Shown here piece by piece: positions 52,201-64,000 of a stretch of 64,000 nucleotides of DNA; the first letter of the stretch is position 1, and every line of letters starts with the position of its first letter. The notes under the pieces are model-generated. The model saw only the letters and a list, made by a program, of their open reading frames with translations. It ran no database searches and was not told where the DNA came from. The stretch is taken from positions 14,136,001-14,200,000 of the forward strand of contig CM120641.1 of NCBI GenBank assembly GCA_051362555.1. The letters are read 5' to 3'. The DNA comes from Lingula anatina. Taxonomy: Eukaryota > Animalia > Brachiopoda. Both the position numbers and the translations under genes were made by a program.

Positions 52201-55200
52201 TTTGGGGAATGTTTTGATAAATGCTTTTAAAACAACATTTGTGTAAGATAAAAAAAAAAGATATTTCACTTCAACTTTGAGTACTAGATCATCTTTATTT
52301 AGGCTTTTAATTAAGGTCCATCTAGATGGTAAATAAAATCAAAATTTTAATTTTTTTTTTCATTAATTACCCCCTGAATTGTAGCCTGAGGCAAGATTCC
52401 ATTAGTGCAAAAATATCTTGTGAATATGCATCACAGATGAAAAACCACTATGTTTCTGTAAAAAGTCTTCTTTTTCATCATATATCTGCTTGCTTCAAAA
52501 AATGACAATGTCTAATTTACATTCCAATATTCTCATTTCATCTTTACTTGTGAAAATATTGAAATGTTATTAAATTTGAATGCAGTGAACTAAAAAACTG
52601 AAATTATTATATTTCCAGGCACTGGCTACTTTGTTGTAACTCCCGACATGTATGATGTTCCTCTCAATATCACTGTACAAGAACCAATGGCACACATTGG
52701 AACAGGAGTAACAGAAAACGAGCTGGCCAAGTTATCTCCACTTCTTTGTTCCATGTCTCCCATGCAAACCATGATTCTCCCTATAGTCACCACTCCAAGT
52801 AAAGTTCAAGTGAAAACTAAGTCATGTCAGACCAATTTTGAGAAGGAGGTACGACACCTGAGGAAATTAGAGAGAAGCCAGTCTATGAGAGAGAAACAAA
52901 GTAGATTGAACACTGCGGCTGATAAAGAAAATTTTAGTCGAACTCTCTCTCTAAGATACAAAGAGGATAAAGCACAGACTTTGTTTAAGGAAATGAATGA
53001 AAATGTGAACTTCTTAAATAATGAGAAGGACAAAGAAAAACAAGGTAATTTATTTTGGAAAATTACATTAGTGGTATCAGTGTCTTGCTGTTTTATTGTA
53101 AAAAATATCTGCATGAATAATTCATACAAAATGTAATTTTCAGAATCATTTTTGTATTTAAAAACGTGGTCTTGTAAAGTGTTTGATAATCTATCAATTT
53201 ATCCTGATTTTAATTTTTTAATTTGTTGAATAAAATTTTAAAAAGAAGTAATTTGAAGCTTAGAAAGAAGATAGTAGGTGATTGCACATTTTGCTGTAGC
53301 ATCTTAAAATTTTGAGATCCATGCATCACATTTTAGTCTGCAATGATCTGTTGAATTTTGAATTGACAAATTGTTTTTGTTTTTGTCTTCTTTAGCAGAT
53401 AAACCATCCTTTCTCACAAAGTTGTGGAATAAATGCAAGCAGAAGAAACCAGAGTCCTCCAAAGAGGTTGAACATGCCACATTTTCTGCCCAATTTCCTC
53501 CACCTGAGTGGCAATGGTACCAACAGCATAAAAATGGGAGCAACAACAGAGAGCACTACAACCAAGACAACCATAAGGCTCGACAACATTACATGGAAAA
53601 CCATAGGAAAGAGCATAATGACAGCTATAAGACAGAGCACCAGTATGTGGGAAAACACCCAAGAGAGCAATATGATATGAGGAACAAAACATGGCATCAT
53701 GGCATTAAAAGTCAAGTTACAGAGAACTCTAAGAATGTGCACCAGTCTTCTCTGATACCCAAAGCCCACACCTGGCACCACTTTCAGAGTGCAATTAAAG
53801 ACCTGGATCAACATCATCACAAGGGGCAACCCCCAAACAGTCGACCCCAGTGTGATAGAAGTATGTCCTTAGATCATAGAAATCTCAGGAATAATGAAAA
53901 TGGTTTACCAACAAAACAAGAAGCCCTTAATGAAAATCCTTCCAATCTAGAAGGCAATCAGAGACATGTTACAAGATCAAAACACCAAAGAAGACATAAA
54001 AAATGCAGTAAGACTTCACATATGTTGAATAAATCACGCGAGTCTTTAGTCAGAAAGAGACAAACATTGAGCAAATCTAAGCATAGAAATCATAGAGAGA
54101 AATCATATGACCACAAAGCATCACCACATATGAGGAAAGAAGAACTGGGTAGATATTCCAGCACAGATGAAGAAAACCCAGATACTTCCAATGCCTACAA
54201 GTTCAGAAATCCTCATCTGATGTATCAGCAGTCTTGGGGCATGGGCCTCAAACAAAGTGAAACTGAATCTGAAAGTGGCAGTGATCTTGAAAAATGTAGC
54301 ACAGTGAAGGAGTGCCCCACCAGGGCAGTACCACCTAGTGTAAAATATAGGGGAGAAAATTCAGGGCCACACATGAAGAATTATGATAGGAATCTTGCAG
54401 ATTTGCCTGGAAGGTTCCCTGTACGGTACACCCCACGAGCTTTGACAGGAGACACATTGGAAGAAGATGATCAAGTTATGTGGTCTTCTGATGAAGAGGT
54501 GGACCAAGTTGGACAATATGTTACTGAGAGTGCTCCACAATTTCATAATCACGAAATGAAAGCTAAATATTTGGGTTATCTGCCGCATAAACGTACTGGC
54601 CATACAACCTCAAAGGACAATGGTGTGAATTGTATTGGACTGCAAGTTATTCCACCTAGTGAAGCAGATAAAGATCAACAATTGAGAAAAAGCATCACAA
54701 ATTCTCAACATCAATCAAATAGAAAAAATGAAGAATCCAAGGATTGTCACATTAGACAGGAATTAGTTAATTTACAATTGGGGAGAGAAAATGCACATGG
54801 TGACCACAGGACCTCTCAGAAATTTATGGGCAATGGGAATCTGAGAAACAGAAACCATGACGTAGATATGGCTCTCAGAAACCATAAAAATACTGGACAT
54901 TTGAATTGTAGTCCAAATTCCACACAGGGGGATAGTGGATTCAGCTCTCCAATGTCACACTCTTCTCCACAAAGTAAAAAAGAAAGTAGTAACGCTGCAC
55001 AACTTCAAAATGGTGTCCAACGCAAAATTGTTACATGTAGCAAAACACAAGGACAACAGCAGTGGTCTGTTTGTAGTGGCAAAAATGAAGGGAAGGTTTC
55101 ACCATCAGTAGGCATATTTAAGGACAGTAGTCTAAGGCACCATGGCAACCAGGCAAGGCACCATGGCAACAAAGGCAATCTCAATGACAATGGAAATGAA

Positions 55201-55308
55201 GTGCAGGACAGCAGATCAAAACACCATAAACGAATTGTAGAAGGAAGTGAAACCAACTGCCACAGAAGAGTGCAATTTCAGAATGGATTTGCAGTGAAAG
55301 GAACTTGA
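43247..55308 (+). CDS. STOX1: Storkhead-box winged-helix transcription factor (STOX1/STOX2 family), about 999 aa, 5 exons
   Basis: Exons 43247-43676, 47456-47556, 48726-48855, 52619-53044 and 53396(or 53399)-55308; phases consistent, total 3000 nt. Motifs [80 protein letters not shown] and GDSGFSSP match the STOX family. Probably the single co-ortholog of STOX1 and STOX2. Confidence 0.93.
48359..48686. mobile_element. TTAA-flanked MITE (Kolobok-like non-autonomous DNA transposon), 328 bp
   Basis: TTAA (48355-48358) + AGGGATAATAACTCTTCGT ... ACGAAGAGTTATTATCCCT + TTAA (48687-48690): a perfect 19-bp TIR with a TTAA TSD. AGG..CCT termini fit Kolobok better than piggyBac (CCC..GGG). Confidence 0.85.
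51749..52049. repeat. Long inverted repeat (125-bp arms, 51-nt spacer) in STOX intron 3
   Basis: 51749-51873 vs the reverse complement of 51925-52049: 107/125 identical by my manual alignment, with no gaps. Confidence 0.93.
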
Positions 55309-55868
55309 ACTTGGGGTCAGATATTCATGTTGACAATGTACAGAATATGAAGTAGGGTCTACCATAATAACTTTCTGAATTCAAACAGTATGAATAACTG
55401 CATAAATTTCCAGTTTATGATCAATAATAACTTCCAAAGATTGAAAAATACTGCGTAGCAAATTAGTTCATCCCCAAAACTTTAATTTCATGATTTGTTG
55501 AATGCTTTTAATTAAAAAACATTATAGTGTTGGGTAATAAGTGACTTTTCATATTTTTATGTGTATGAAGATACAGCAAAAATAACCACCACTCTACCTG
55601 AAGTTCTAAACCAACATGGTGCTAAGAATTGTTTTTAAATATCCGAAATTTTGACTGTTTGTTTTCATTATGGACGTAATATCTGAAATTCATTTTAAAT
55701 TATTCATTGCTCTGAATGACATGTTTACATTCAGTATTTAAATATAGGGTCTTTTGTCAGCTGTAAAAGAGATTCTTGTATCTTTTTCTTTGATGATGAT
55801 AATAGAAATTGTTGAATAACTAAACCCCTTAACAGTTACTATTTTTTTTTCATTTATTTATATTTGGT

Positions 55869-55887
55869 GGGGGGGGGGGGGGGGGGG
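55869..55887 (+). repeat. Poly-G run (19 nt) downstream of the STOX stop codon
   Basis: Read directly from the sequence; in the presumptive STOX 3' UTR. Confidence 0.9.
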
Positions 55888-57518
55888 AGAGAAAGTGCAA
55901 ATAATGGTTTTACTTGCTTTCGAGGTGGTATTGCTTTATGTGAAGTACAGATCTTGGATATACGCCTTAAAGAATAGGGTTTCTTTTGCAACTTGATCTA
56001 TAAAGATTATTTAATTTACAACTTTTGATCCACATTTTTACTAAGTGCTTATTAATTTATCTGAAATGTTGAACTTCTTCATTAAAAGCTGCTGTTTTTG
56101 AATTTGCCCAAATGGGTGGTATATTTTATAATTGTCAGCAGAGTATATGGAAAAAAACTTGTCTGCTTAACAGACATCATACATTTTAGTGTCTTGATAT
56201 AGAATACTCGTACACTTTTACATTTTCTTTATAAGTGAGAAGAGATTTCTCAGTTCTGCTATCTAGTTTGAGGTCAAAAACTGTGTTGCTTGTGGAATTA
56301 ATACCACTGAGGAAAATGTAGTGATTCCCAAAGGCATCTCAGTTTATCAATTGCCCAATAACATTTCTTTCACGTTTTCCCCACAAGAAGTCTTTGATAC
56401 TAGTGTCATGTCATATATTGCTATTTGCATTTGACTTATAAGACTGCAAATGATATTATGTTAGTGTGAAGCATGTCTTATGAGAGTATGTGCACCTGTG
56501 CACATTCTAACTTCTTCTATCAGCAGGTATCAGATAAGATGAATAACCTATATATTGAATAGTCTTTATAGACCCAACTATTGTATGCAATTTTATTGTG
56601 AAACATGGACAACTTTCCCTCAATACAAGGTTTTTCTTTTCCTTTTCCAGAGGGGTCATTTCATGTCGAATCTCATTTTATTAAAAAAATGTAAACATAC
56701 AGGCCTTTTCTACTTTCTTTTTCATTTAAATAAAGAAGTGGACAATAAGAATTAAGTGCATTTTGTTTTCATTTTCTCAACCATTAAAGAAAATATACAT
56801 CTGTTTACATCAACATAATTGTAACAATACCATGAATAAAAATATATAAAAAACATATATAATAATAATAAACACTTTTTAATGAAGTAGCTATCCTGAA
56901 TAATTTTCTAGCCTAAAAATAGTAATTGTAGACAGCGCTATTTACATTTTCATATTATCAGTCCTTGCTTCAACTAGTCCGGTTGTCATGATTTTTAGTG
57001 AAAAAACGCAAGCACCAAAATACGCACAATCTGCATCTGCAGGTATAGGAATGAGTATATATTTAGTGAAAGGAGCCAACACTGCTACCTAAAGTGCACT
57101 AATATAACCATGGGTGATGCAAAATATACCAAAGGTAATTATGAACAGTAGGGGCTGTCTACTTTAGTTGTGAAAATGCACAAAAATTGTAGAAATGCCT
57201 TTTTAAAATACATAATGATAAATATCTTTTCCTTTTCATAGTCTGTTACATGAAAGTGATTGCTTTTCTAATATTGCACTCAACATCTTTAAATATGCAG
57301 ATTTTAAGGCACTTGCTAAATGTAGATAATTGTTATATTTATATGTGAGTTACTTACAAATAAACCTGCATTGTTTGTATTCTGGAATGGACAAACTAGA
57401 ACAGGCTACTGTGAAGTTTGAATATCATTCATTTATATATTCCATAATCATTCATTTACATATTCCACATAATCCATCCCTTTGTAACATGAATATTTTT
57501 CATTTGTTTCTGATCCCA

Positions 57519-59156
57519 CTAGTTCATTGCCTCCAGACAACAACAACAGAGACAAGTCCAGAGACAGGCTAAGCAGGCACACAGGCAACAGTCCTCTGCA
57601 TCATCCCGCCGCTTATGGTGGTGATCATCCACGTACACCCTGGAAAAATATGAGGAACAATCAGTCCCCAACAGGTGGTAAACTACCAGATGTCACTGGT
57701 AAGACTTCCTTCAAACTGGCATTGTTTAATTTGCTATTATTGCTTCTCACTACTTATGATGGAGTTCAATGGCTTCAGCGATTGACTGGCAAATTTTGCT
57801 TTATAATGTTGCTGAGAACATTTTTCTAGATGAAGTGGAATACAAATGCAAATACATTTTTTATAACTAGGATTTTTGAAAACTGAAAACTGATTCCATG
57901 AGTATTTCTTTAAATATAACATATATGTGAGCCTCTTAACCAAGTAATATGCAGTAAAAGCAAGAACAATAGAGCAGCATAACCAAATGGAAGTGGACTC
58001 TCTGGTAATCAGTTACTTGTCCTATTTTTCAACATGGCACATGAGTTCAGCAAGTTTTATTTCATAAGTAATTTGCGAGTGTTAAATATTTGGAGTGGTA
58101 TAAACCCCAAATGTCCCAAAATAAATTGCTTTTGGGTCAGCGAACATCATATTCCTTGCCACTATGCAACGATTTCAACACTTAGACTACAGTAAAAACT
58201 TAATGGGTCTTGAAAATTTTGTTGGAGGATGATTCTCTGCCAACATAATTTTTTTACTTGGAAAATTTTGTCAAACTTGAAAATGGGCCTCTTGATAATT
58301 TCAAAAAGTTTTTCACCTAATATTGTCATGTCAGATTAATGCATTTTAAAATATCAATTCATTTTTAAGTGACGAAATTTTCAAGTTTTTATGGTAGGTC
58401 TTTTTTTTTTTGCCTGAGTTGGCCAGCCAATAGGAGCAGTCAAATTGACGACTTCTCTCTTGAGACCTTGGCTGTTACTATCTTAGGAAAGCTAGGAGAG
58501 TCCTAGTGAGTACTTCTCAGACGTTAAGCCATTTCTTCAAAAACGTCAAGGTCAAATTAGCCTTATTACTAGCTATGTAGGCCTTTCGGTTGGTTAGAAG
58601 GTTTAAATTGTTCTTAAAGGTCATAGAGTTTTTACTGATGACTCTGCCACATTTAGTGTGGTTAGTGGTCTTCAACGTTTATTAATTTAGACTTATTTAA
58701 ACAAAATCTAAAAACATTAATTACACTTAAAATTTTGGAAATGGTTTGAAACAATATTGAGGGACACCTTATAGACTGAGGGGCCTTAGATAATCCAGAT
58801 GCACCCAATTCAAAATGTCAATCCTCCCCTCACCCACAAGTCAAAATAATTATATATATAAAACTTTCATGAAGTTCTTTAAGCCATAACAAGGTAAATG
58901 CTTACACACTAGTTGGTTGTTGTTGGTATCCTTGCGGGTAAGCACCAGGTGGTGGACCTTGGTTCCACCCAGCAGGTGGTGGCTGGTAGGGCCCTGGCTG
59001 GTAAGCACCTGGTGGTGGTGGTGGTTGTTGTGGTGGGTATGGACCAGGAGGGTACCCACCTCCAGGCTGCTGTGGGTATGGACCAGGTGGGTAGCCAGCA
59101 GGTGGTTGCTGTTGATATGGTGGATAGGCACCACCTGGGGCACCATAATTTGCCAT
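57519..59156 (-). CDS. CYSTM1: Cysteine-rich transmembrane module protein (CYSTM1-like), about 123 aa
   Basis: Exon 59156-58906 encodes the P/G/Y/Q-rich MANYGAPGGAYPPYQQQPP...QPTS and is spliced in phase 2 to exon 57639-57519 (VVYVDDHHHKRRDDAEDCCLCACLACLWTCLCCCCLEAMN*). This is the typical CYSTM architecture. Confidence 0.92.
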
Positions 59157-60092
59157 TTTGACAAATTACTTTTACTGTAAATAACGAATGTTATGTCATA
59201 TGAAATTTTCAATTTTACATATAAAGCAATCCATATCAAACTTATTATCACTTTCCTAAAATGACTCTTTGAAAAGCTAGTGTATATTATACTGCTGATA
59301 TAAATTTCAAGTATTACAATACTATAAAACAATATAAGATTGTTACCACACATCAAAATTCTATGAAAAAAGTAGCTATAACAGCTGTAAGGTTAACCTT
59401 GCTTTATTGGTTATTGCAAACTTCCTGTAATTTCATTGCATGACAAAGATTGATATTTTTCATTGTAAAACGGTAAAACGATTGACTCCTTATTGATTAT
59501 ATATTTGATGTACACAGGGACGCTCTTTGCTGATATACCCATTACTATATACCTGGCAATGTGAGAAAATTACGCAACAGCCTCAAACTCGAGTCGAAGT
59601 CAAATGTTCAGTAAAATATTCAAATGTAACATATGGTTTTGTTCTTGTGGACTAACAGAGAAGTACCTTAATTCACAAATCATCTACCACGCATTTACCA
59701 AAAGCAGGAACATTTAAGTTTATAATATATAAGGAACAAGGACAAAAAACTAAACCCGGAAGTATACGTGAAGGCATTGAATTTCACGATCTTTGTGACA
59801 TACATCCCATACTATAGCTTCATACTAATACAGATAATGACCACGCTGGACTGTTACCTTGATTGGTTAATAAACCGGGTAAATCTAACTTAAAACCACA
59901 CAAACAACTCCAGAGTGCCATACTAGTCTAAATAAACAAAAAAACAAAAAAAGTAAAATTTCATAAAATCGCCATAGACCCCTTAGAGACAAAAAAAAAA
60001 AAGCTGAGCGTGACAATCGGTATGAAAATAGCAGTAACTATTTCATCGCGAATAAAATTAAAATATAAATAACTATGTATAGAAACGCTTAC

Positions 60093-60160
60093 CTTCTTCT
60101 GTTTTGAACGGCGCTGTACTGGCAGATCTAACGAAACGGAATCCCGGTGATAACAGCCTG
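60093..60160 (-). other. CYSTM1: Probable non-coding first exon of CYSTM1 (5' boundary uncertain)
   Basis: Strong donor AAG|GTAAGC at 60092 in a CpG-containing patch, with a matching acceptor TTACAG| before 59174, 18 nt upstream of the ATG. Confidence 0.55.
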
Positions 60161-60186
60161 ACGAAGTGTCACATGCTTTTGTTTAC

Positions 60187-60194
60187 TCACGTGA
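60187..60194. promoter_or_regulatory. Palindromic E-box TCACGTGA (bHLH-ZIP site: USF/MITF/TFEB type)
   Basis: Exact 8-mer just upstream of the putative CYSTM1 first exon. Function is inferred from position only. Confidence 0.35.
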
Positions 60195-60304
60195 TCATGC
60201 ACCCAATCTTTAACCGCTGGTTTCGTTTTGCAATTTACAAATGCCATATTTAGCCATTTGCAACAATTCCCTGTACGTTTCATATCCTTCCTCCGCATCT
60301 TTAC

Positions 60305-60308
<4 letters not shown>

Positions 60309-60358
<50 letters not shown>
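60309..60358. repeat. (TTA)n microsatellite
   Basis: Read directly from the sequence; upstream of the CYSTM1 first exon. Confidence 0.95.
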
Positions 60359-60360
<2 letters not shown>

Positions 60361-62810
60361 ATCTGTTGTTGCCCTTTGTAATCACGGGATATTTATATAT
60401 ATCAGAATGTTTTGCTTTTCAGATTTGAACACGGCTAGCTAGCGACTTTTTTTTATTACAGTTACAGACTGCTCACGGGATGAGGATTTTTGCTCAAGTT
60501 TCAAAAGAGATATGATTTGATGCTTCTGACTTATATTTGGGAGAAAATACCTACAATGCATGTCATGTATCTGAAAAAACTTGACAGTTAAGGCCTCTTT
60601 CTATAGCACTGGTAAGTTTGAACAAGTCTAGTTTTGAATACAACACAAGTGAACATTTTCAAAACCAAAGTTACGTGTTATTTTGCTTTATTTATTGATT
60701 AATTAGTTTTCCAATTATAGATTTTTTAATAGCAGAGTTGAAAAAATTTTTCATACAATATAACTTGGTTAAGGAAGTCTTAGAACAAAAAATGACAAAT
60801 GCATACAATGCATGAACACAGGTGAGTATATGTAAATGAAAGAAACTTATTCATGTGAACAGAATCTCTATTTATGTATTTCATATTATTTGTAAGAGTA
60901 TGAATAGATTTTTTTTTATGATTTCAGCATCCACATTCATGTGCAATATAAAGCCTTTTACTTTTGCATTTTATATATTGACCTGCACATATATGGCCAT
61001 AGAAAATTACTACAGGTACAAGGAAAATCAGGAAATGTGATACAATATTTGCTATCATTGACAAGATTTATTACTGGGTGATATCAGAAATGGATGAAAC
61101 CACTACATACCTATATAGGTTAATTAGACCATAGGTTCTAATGAATAAGTTTCTTGGCATATTGGGGAATATTGATTTTGTACATATCAATTTTTTTATG
61201 CACAAAGACATTTGGCTCACCAGTTTTTCCAACTATTATTGAACATTCTGGTGTTGCTAGAATAGAATGTGCTGTATCATCCCAACCAGTGTTGGCCGGG
61301 GAGCTTTCACATGAACACAGTTCAAGTGACAGTAATGTAGTACAATTTCATACATGTCATGATTGAAATCTTGTTTTAATGGCATTTATTAATTGCCAGT
61401 ATTAGAAACCTGAATGCAAATTAAATAAAAGTAATGAAAATGAAGAAAAAAAAAACTAAAAACAAGCTCTTTACCTTTTTCTAAATGTGTGGTCTTGATT
61501 AATCACGTAAGTTAATAAGATTCTTTTTTATAGGTTTAATTTGCATATTTCAGTTAAAATGCACATTCTTCTTGAAAAGCCTAATATTGTATCATTATCA
61601 ATTTCACCTGACCATCACAATAGCCCATGCCCTTGAGACCTATTTTTAAAAAGAAAATAAAAATTGACAACTCTCATAATTGCTCAAAGGTCACCAGAAA
61701 TTTGCAGTTTTTATAAAATTCAATGTTAGGAAGAGCTTTGATCCAGTTCTAATACCGTAATTGGTTGTTTTTTTTTTTTTTTAATATATTAATCAAATGA
61801 TTCATATATGATTTCCTTTTAAATAATATAATTTTATATACAGACACTGTATGTGTCTGTACATAATCCGATCTCTATGTCTGTCCATGTCATTGCTGTT
61901 GCCATGGTTGCAGTAATTGATGTAAAAAGCTTTATTCCGTTTTTCTCATTAATTAGGTAGAAATGCCAGATCACAGAGTACCAGTATATGTGGCATGCAT
62001 ATAAAACCAATAAATTATTGTTTTTAGAGAAATGTTTAGCTAGTACATGAATCCAAGTCGTCAGCAATTCATTAAGCAGTGCTTTGGCATATTGTCATTT
62101 AGGAAATATCATTGTTTAAAAGGTGTCATGCAGCATAACAGCTGGTGGTATCAGAAATCCTTTTGAAAAATGACTTACACAGTCACAGACTCTCTCTAGA
62201 CCATACACTGTATAAACCTTTCCAATGGCAGTTGATTTAATGTTCCTCATTTATTTCAAGCTGTCTCTCTTATTGGATCTATATATTATTGAGTTAAAAC
62301 TGGTATTGCTCTGTTGCCATGGTGAAATACATTGGATAGAAGATTCCAGGTATAAAGGGGACTCTAGTTGTAGTACACTAGTGTGGGAAAAGGTGTTAAT
62401 ATAAAGGTTGAATAAGAGATGATGAAGCTCACTGTGTTGCGCAGACAGATTTTGCAATGTAAGTAGAAATGAAGTACAGCAGACCAAAGCTTGACAATCA
62501 ACAGGAGGGTGCTATAAGTAAATTGCTTTTTTGTGGACATAGGAGATGTCAGTCAGAGAAAATTGGACAGAATAACCAAAACTTGTAGAATTTCCTTATT
62601 CTTTGTTAAATTTGTATTCAAAAGTTCTGGGATGAAGAATAGCAGAAAAAATAAATAGAATTAATATTCTACAATTGATATTCAACCAAAGCACACATGG
62701 GTTTAAGGTTAAACCTATTGAGTAGACTCTCATTAAATGCATTTGCAGATCACAGATCAAATTGTTTAAAAAAGTGAAAACACCAAAATTGAACTGATCA
62801 AACAAAGGAA

Positions 62811-62925
62811 ATGTTGACAGATCACGAAGAAGATGTTATTACAAAGACACTGGAAGGTCAGCTGGTGGATTTACCTTCTCAGTCTTCTGGAGCAGTCAAA
62901 ATATTTATTTGCTGCACCCAATCTG
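62811..62925 (+). CDS. Probable first coding exon of a NACHT and WD-repeat protein (NWD1/NWD2-like); the rest lies beyond the window
   Basis: MLTDHEEDVITKTLEGQLVDLPSQSSGAVKIFICCTQS followed by a phase-1 donor G|GTATGT. It resembles the NWD family N-terminus (G-x-L-x-x-LP...V[RK][IV]F[IT]S...D). Only 38 codons are visible. Confidence 0.6.
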
Positions 62926-64000
62926 GTATGTAACCGATCACTGTATGTTTAGTGAATATTAAAAATTTCATTCATTCTTAATTCAGCATGTCATTTTCTT
63001 GCTTGTTAATTATAGACAAGAAAATATGTAGGTCTTATTTTTATTGATTTAAATGTTTTTTATTAGAAAGGTTTGTCCTTTATTAATAGGCCTATAAATA
63101 ACAGGTATGTCATTATATGCTTTAATGTTCAAGTAAGCAGGTTCACATTTTGCATGCCAGAATTACAATTAAGCAAATCCAGTAAAGAATATCACCAGAT
63201 GCCATACTCCCAGTTACAGTAATAATAATAGTTTTTTCAAATGATGATTTCTCAGGGTGACTTGAGAAAATATTAGAGTTCAAATAACTCTTCTTCAGGG
63301 AATGTCACCTTCTTCAAGGAATGAAGTTACAGATATTACTGTGGCCTCTACCTGAGGACTTTAAAAATGATCAGCACTTAGACAATGTAGATAGAGTGAC
63401 TTAGAGATAAGAGATGCCATATGCCATGTGGTTTGTCAATCTAGGTTTATGTCATGATAGAAACGTTTGTTAGATTATGCAAGAACATCTCTTTTGAGAT
63501 TCTTGTTTGAAGTGTGAAGATCAGATGGCTTTATTATAATCTCTGTAGCACATTTGGTTTTGTTCCAAGAATACAGTTGTGTGAGTGTATTCATGCTAAA
63601 TTTATTTCCATTGACTTTTGGCATTTACATCATGGTATTGTTAAAACAGAAAACTGTAGTAAATGAGCACGTCATCTTGGTAGCAAGGTACAATGTACAT
63701 AATCTAAAGAAAGATTATGTATTTCACAAAATAGTAGCATGCAGGAGAGACTATATATGTAGCAATTCCAACATTCTGATTTAGCAATGCCCCTTTACTA
63801 CATTCAAAACATGTACCGATGTTTTGACAACAAAACAAACTTTATTTTCTCTCAGCCTAACTTTGTTCTTTCATACAGATTACAGGTATATATACAAAAA
63901 TTATAAAAGATGGAGCATTTTGAAATTTTATCTGAGGTTTAAAAAATCTTTGGTTATGTACTGCATGGCACGTTTTAAGGGGCATGAATGATTTATAACC

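Noticed and set aside
55135-55171. Short coding tandem repeat RHHGNQA-RHHGNK in STOX
   Set aside because: Only two copies of about 21 bp in a disordered region, which is ordinary slippage.
53392-55256. Several antisense and alternate-frame ORFs over the STOX last exon (53392-53829, 53414-53692, 53468-53680, 54361-54603, 55005-55256)
   Set aside because: Shadows of the real coding exon, with no recognisable motifs or splice support.
58850-59356. Overlapping ORFs rich in V/W/H around CYSTM1 exon 1
   Set aside because: Alternate-frame and antisense readings of the CCA/CCT-rich proline repeat.
63870-63892. TCATACAG|ATTACAG|GTATAT as a possible 7-nt micro-exon of the NWD-like gene
   Set aside because: Weak donor and too short to test by homology. 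It needs RNA evidence.
1-64000. CRISPR arrays, rRNA/tRNA genes, operons or prophage
   Set aside because: No regularly spaced repeat-spacer units or recognisable structural RNA genes were seen. The sequence is spliceosomal-intron-rich eukaryotic DNA.

Overview
AT-rich, intron-containing animal genomic DNA (invertebrate-like; the species cannot be determined from the window). The six-frame ORF track is mostly exon fragments or noise, so I rebuilt genes by hand from splice sites and reading-frame phase. Six protein-coding genes are supported: the last three exons of PTEN (+), a complete 22-exon Bicaudal-C/BICC1 (-), a complete 14-exon PRIMPOL (-), a 5-exon Storkhead-box STOX gene (+, head-to-head with PRIMPOL), a 2-coding-exon CYSTM1 (-), and a probable first coding exon of an NWD1/NWD2-like NACHT-WD40 gene (+). 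Introns carry several non-autonomous DNA-transposon (MITE) families and long inverted repeats. I see no rRNA, tRNA, CRISPR array or prokaryote-type system, and no convincing wholly new biological system. The best leads are a hidden alternative first exon inside Bicaudal-C intron 3 that would replace most of KH1 with a P/Q/N-rich tail, a GC-AG intron in PTEN, a gapless 125-bp-arm hairpin in a STOX intron, a possible readthrough extension and uORFs on Bicaudal-C, an expanded loop and a third RPA-binding-like motif in PRIMPOL, and gene linkage matching the human chr4/5/10 paralogon. Homology calls rest on my recall of the human proteins, not on a database search.
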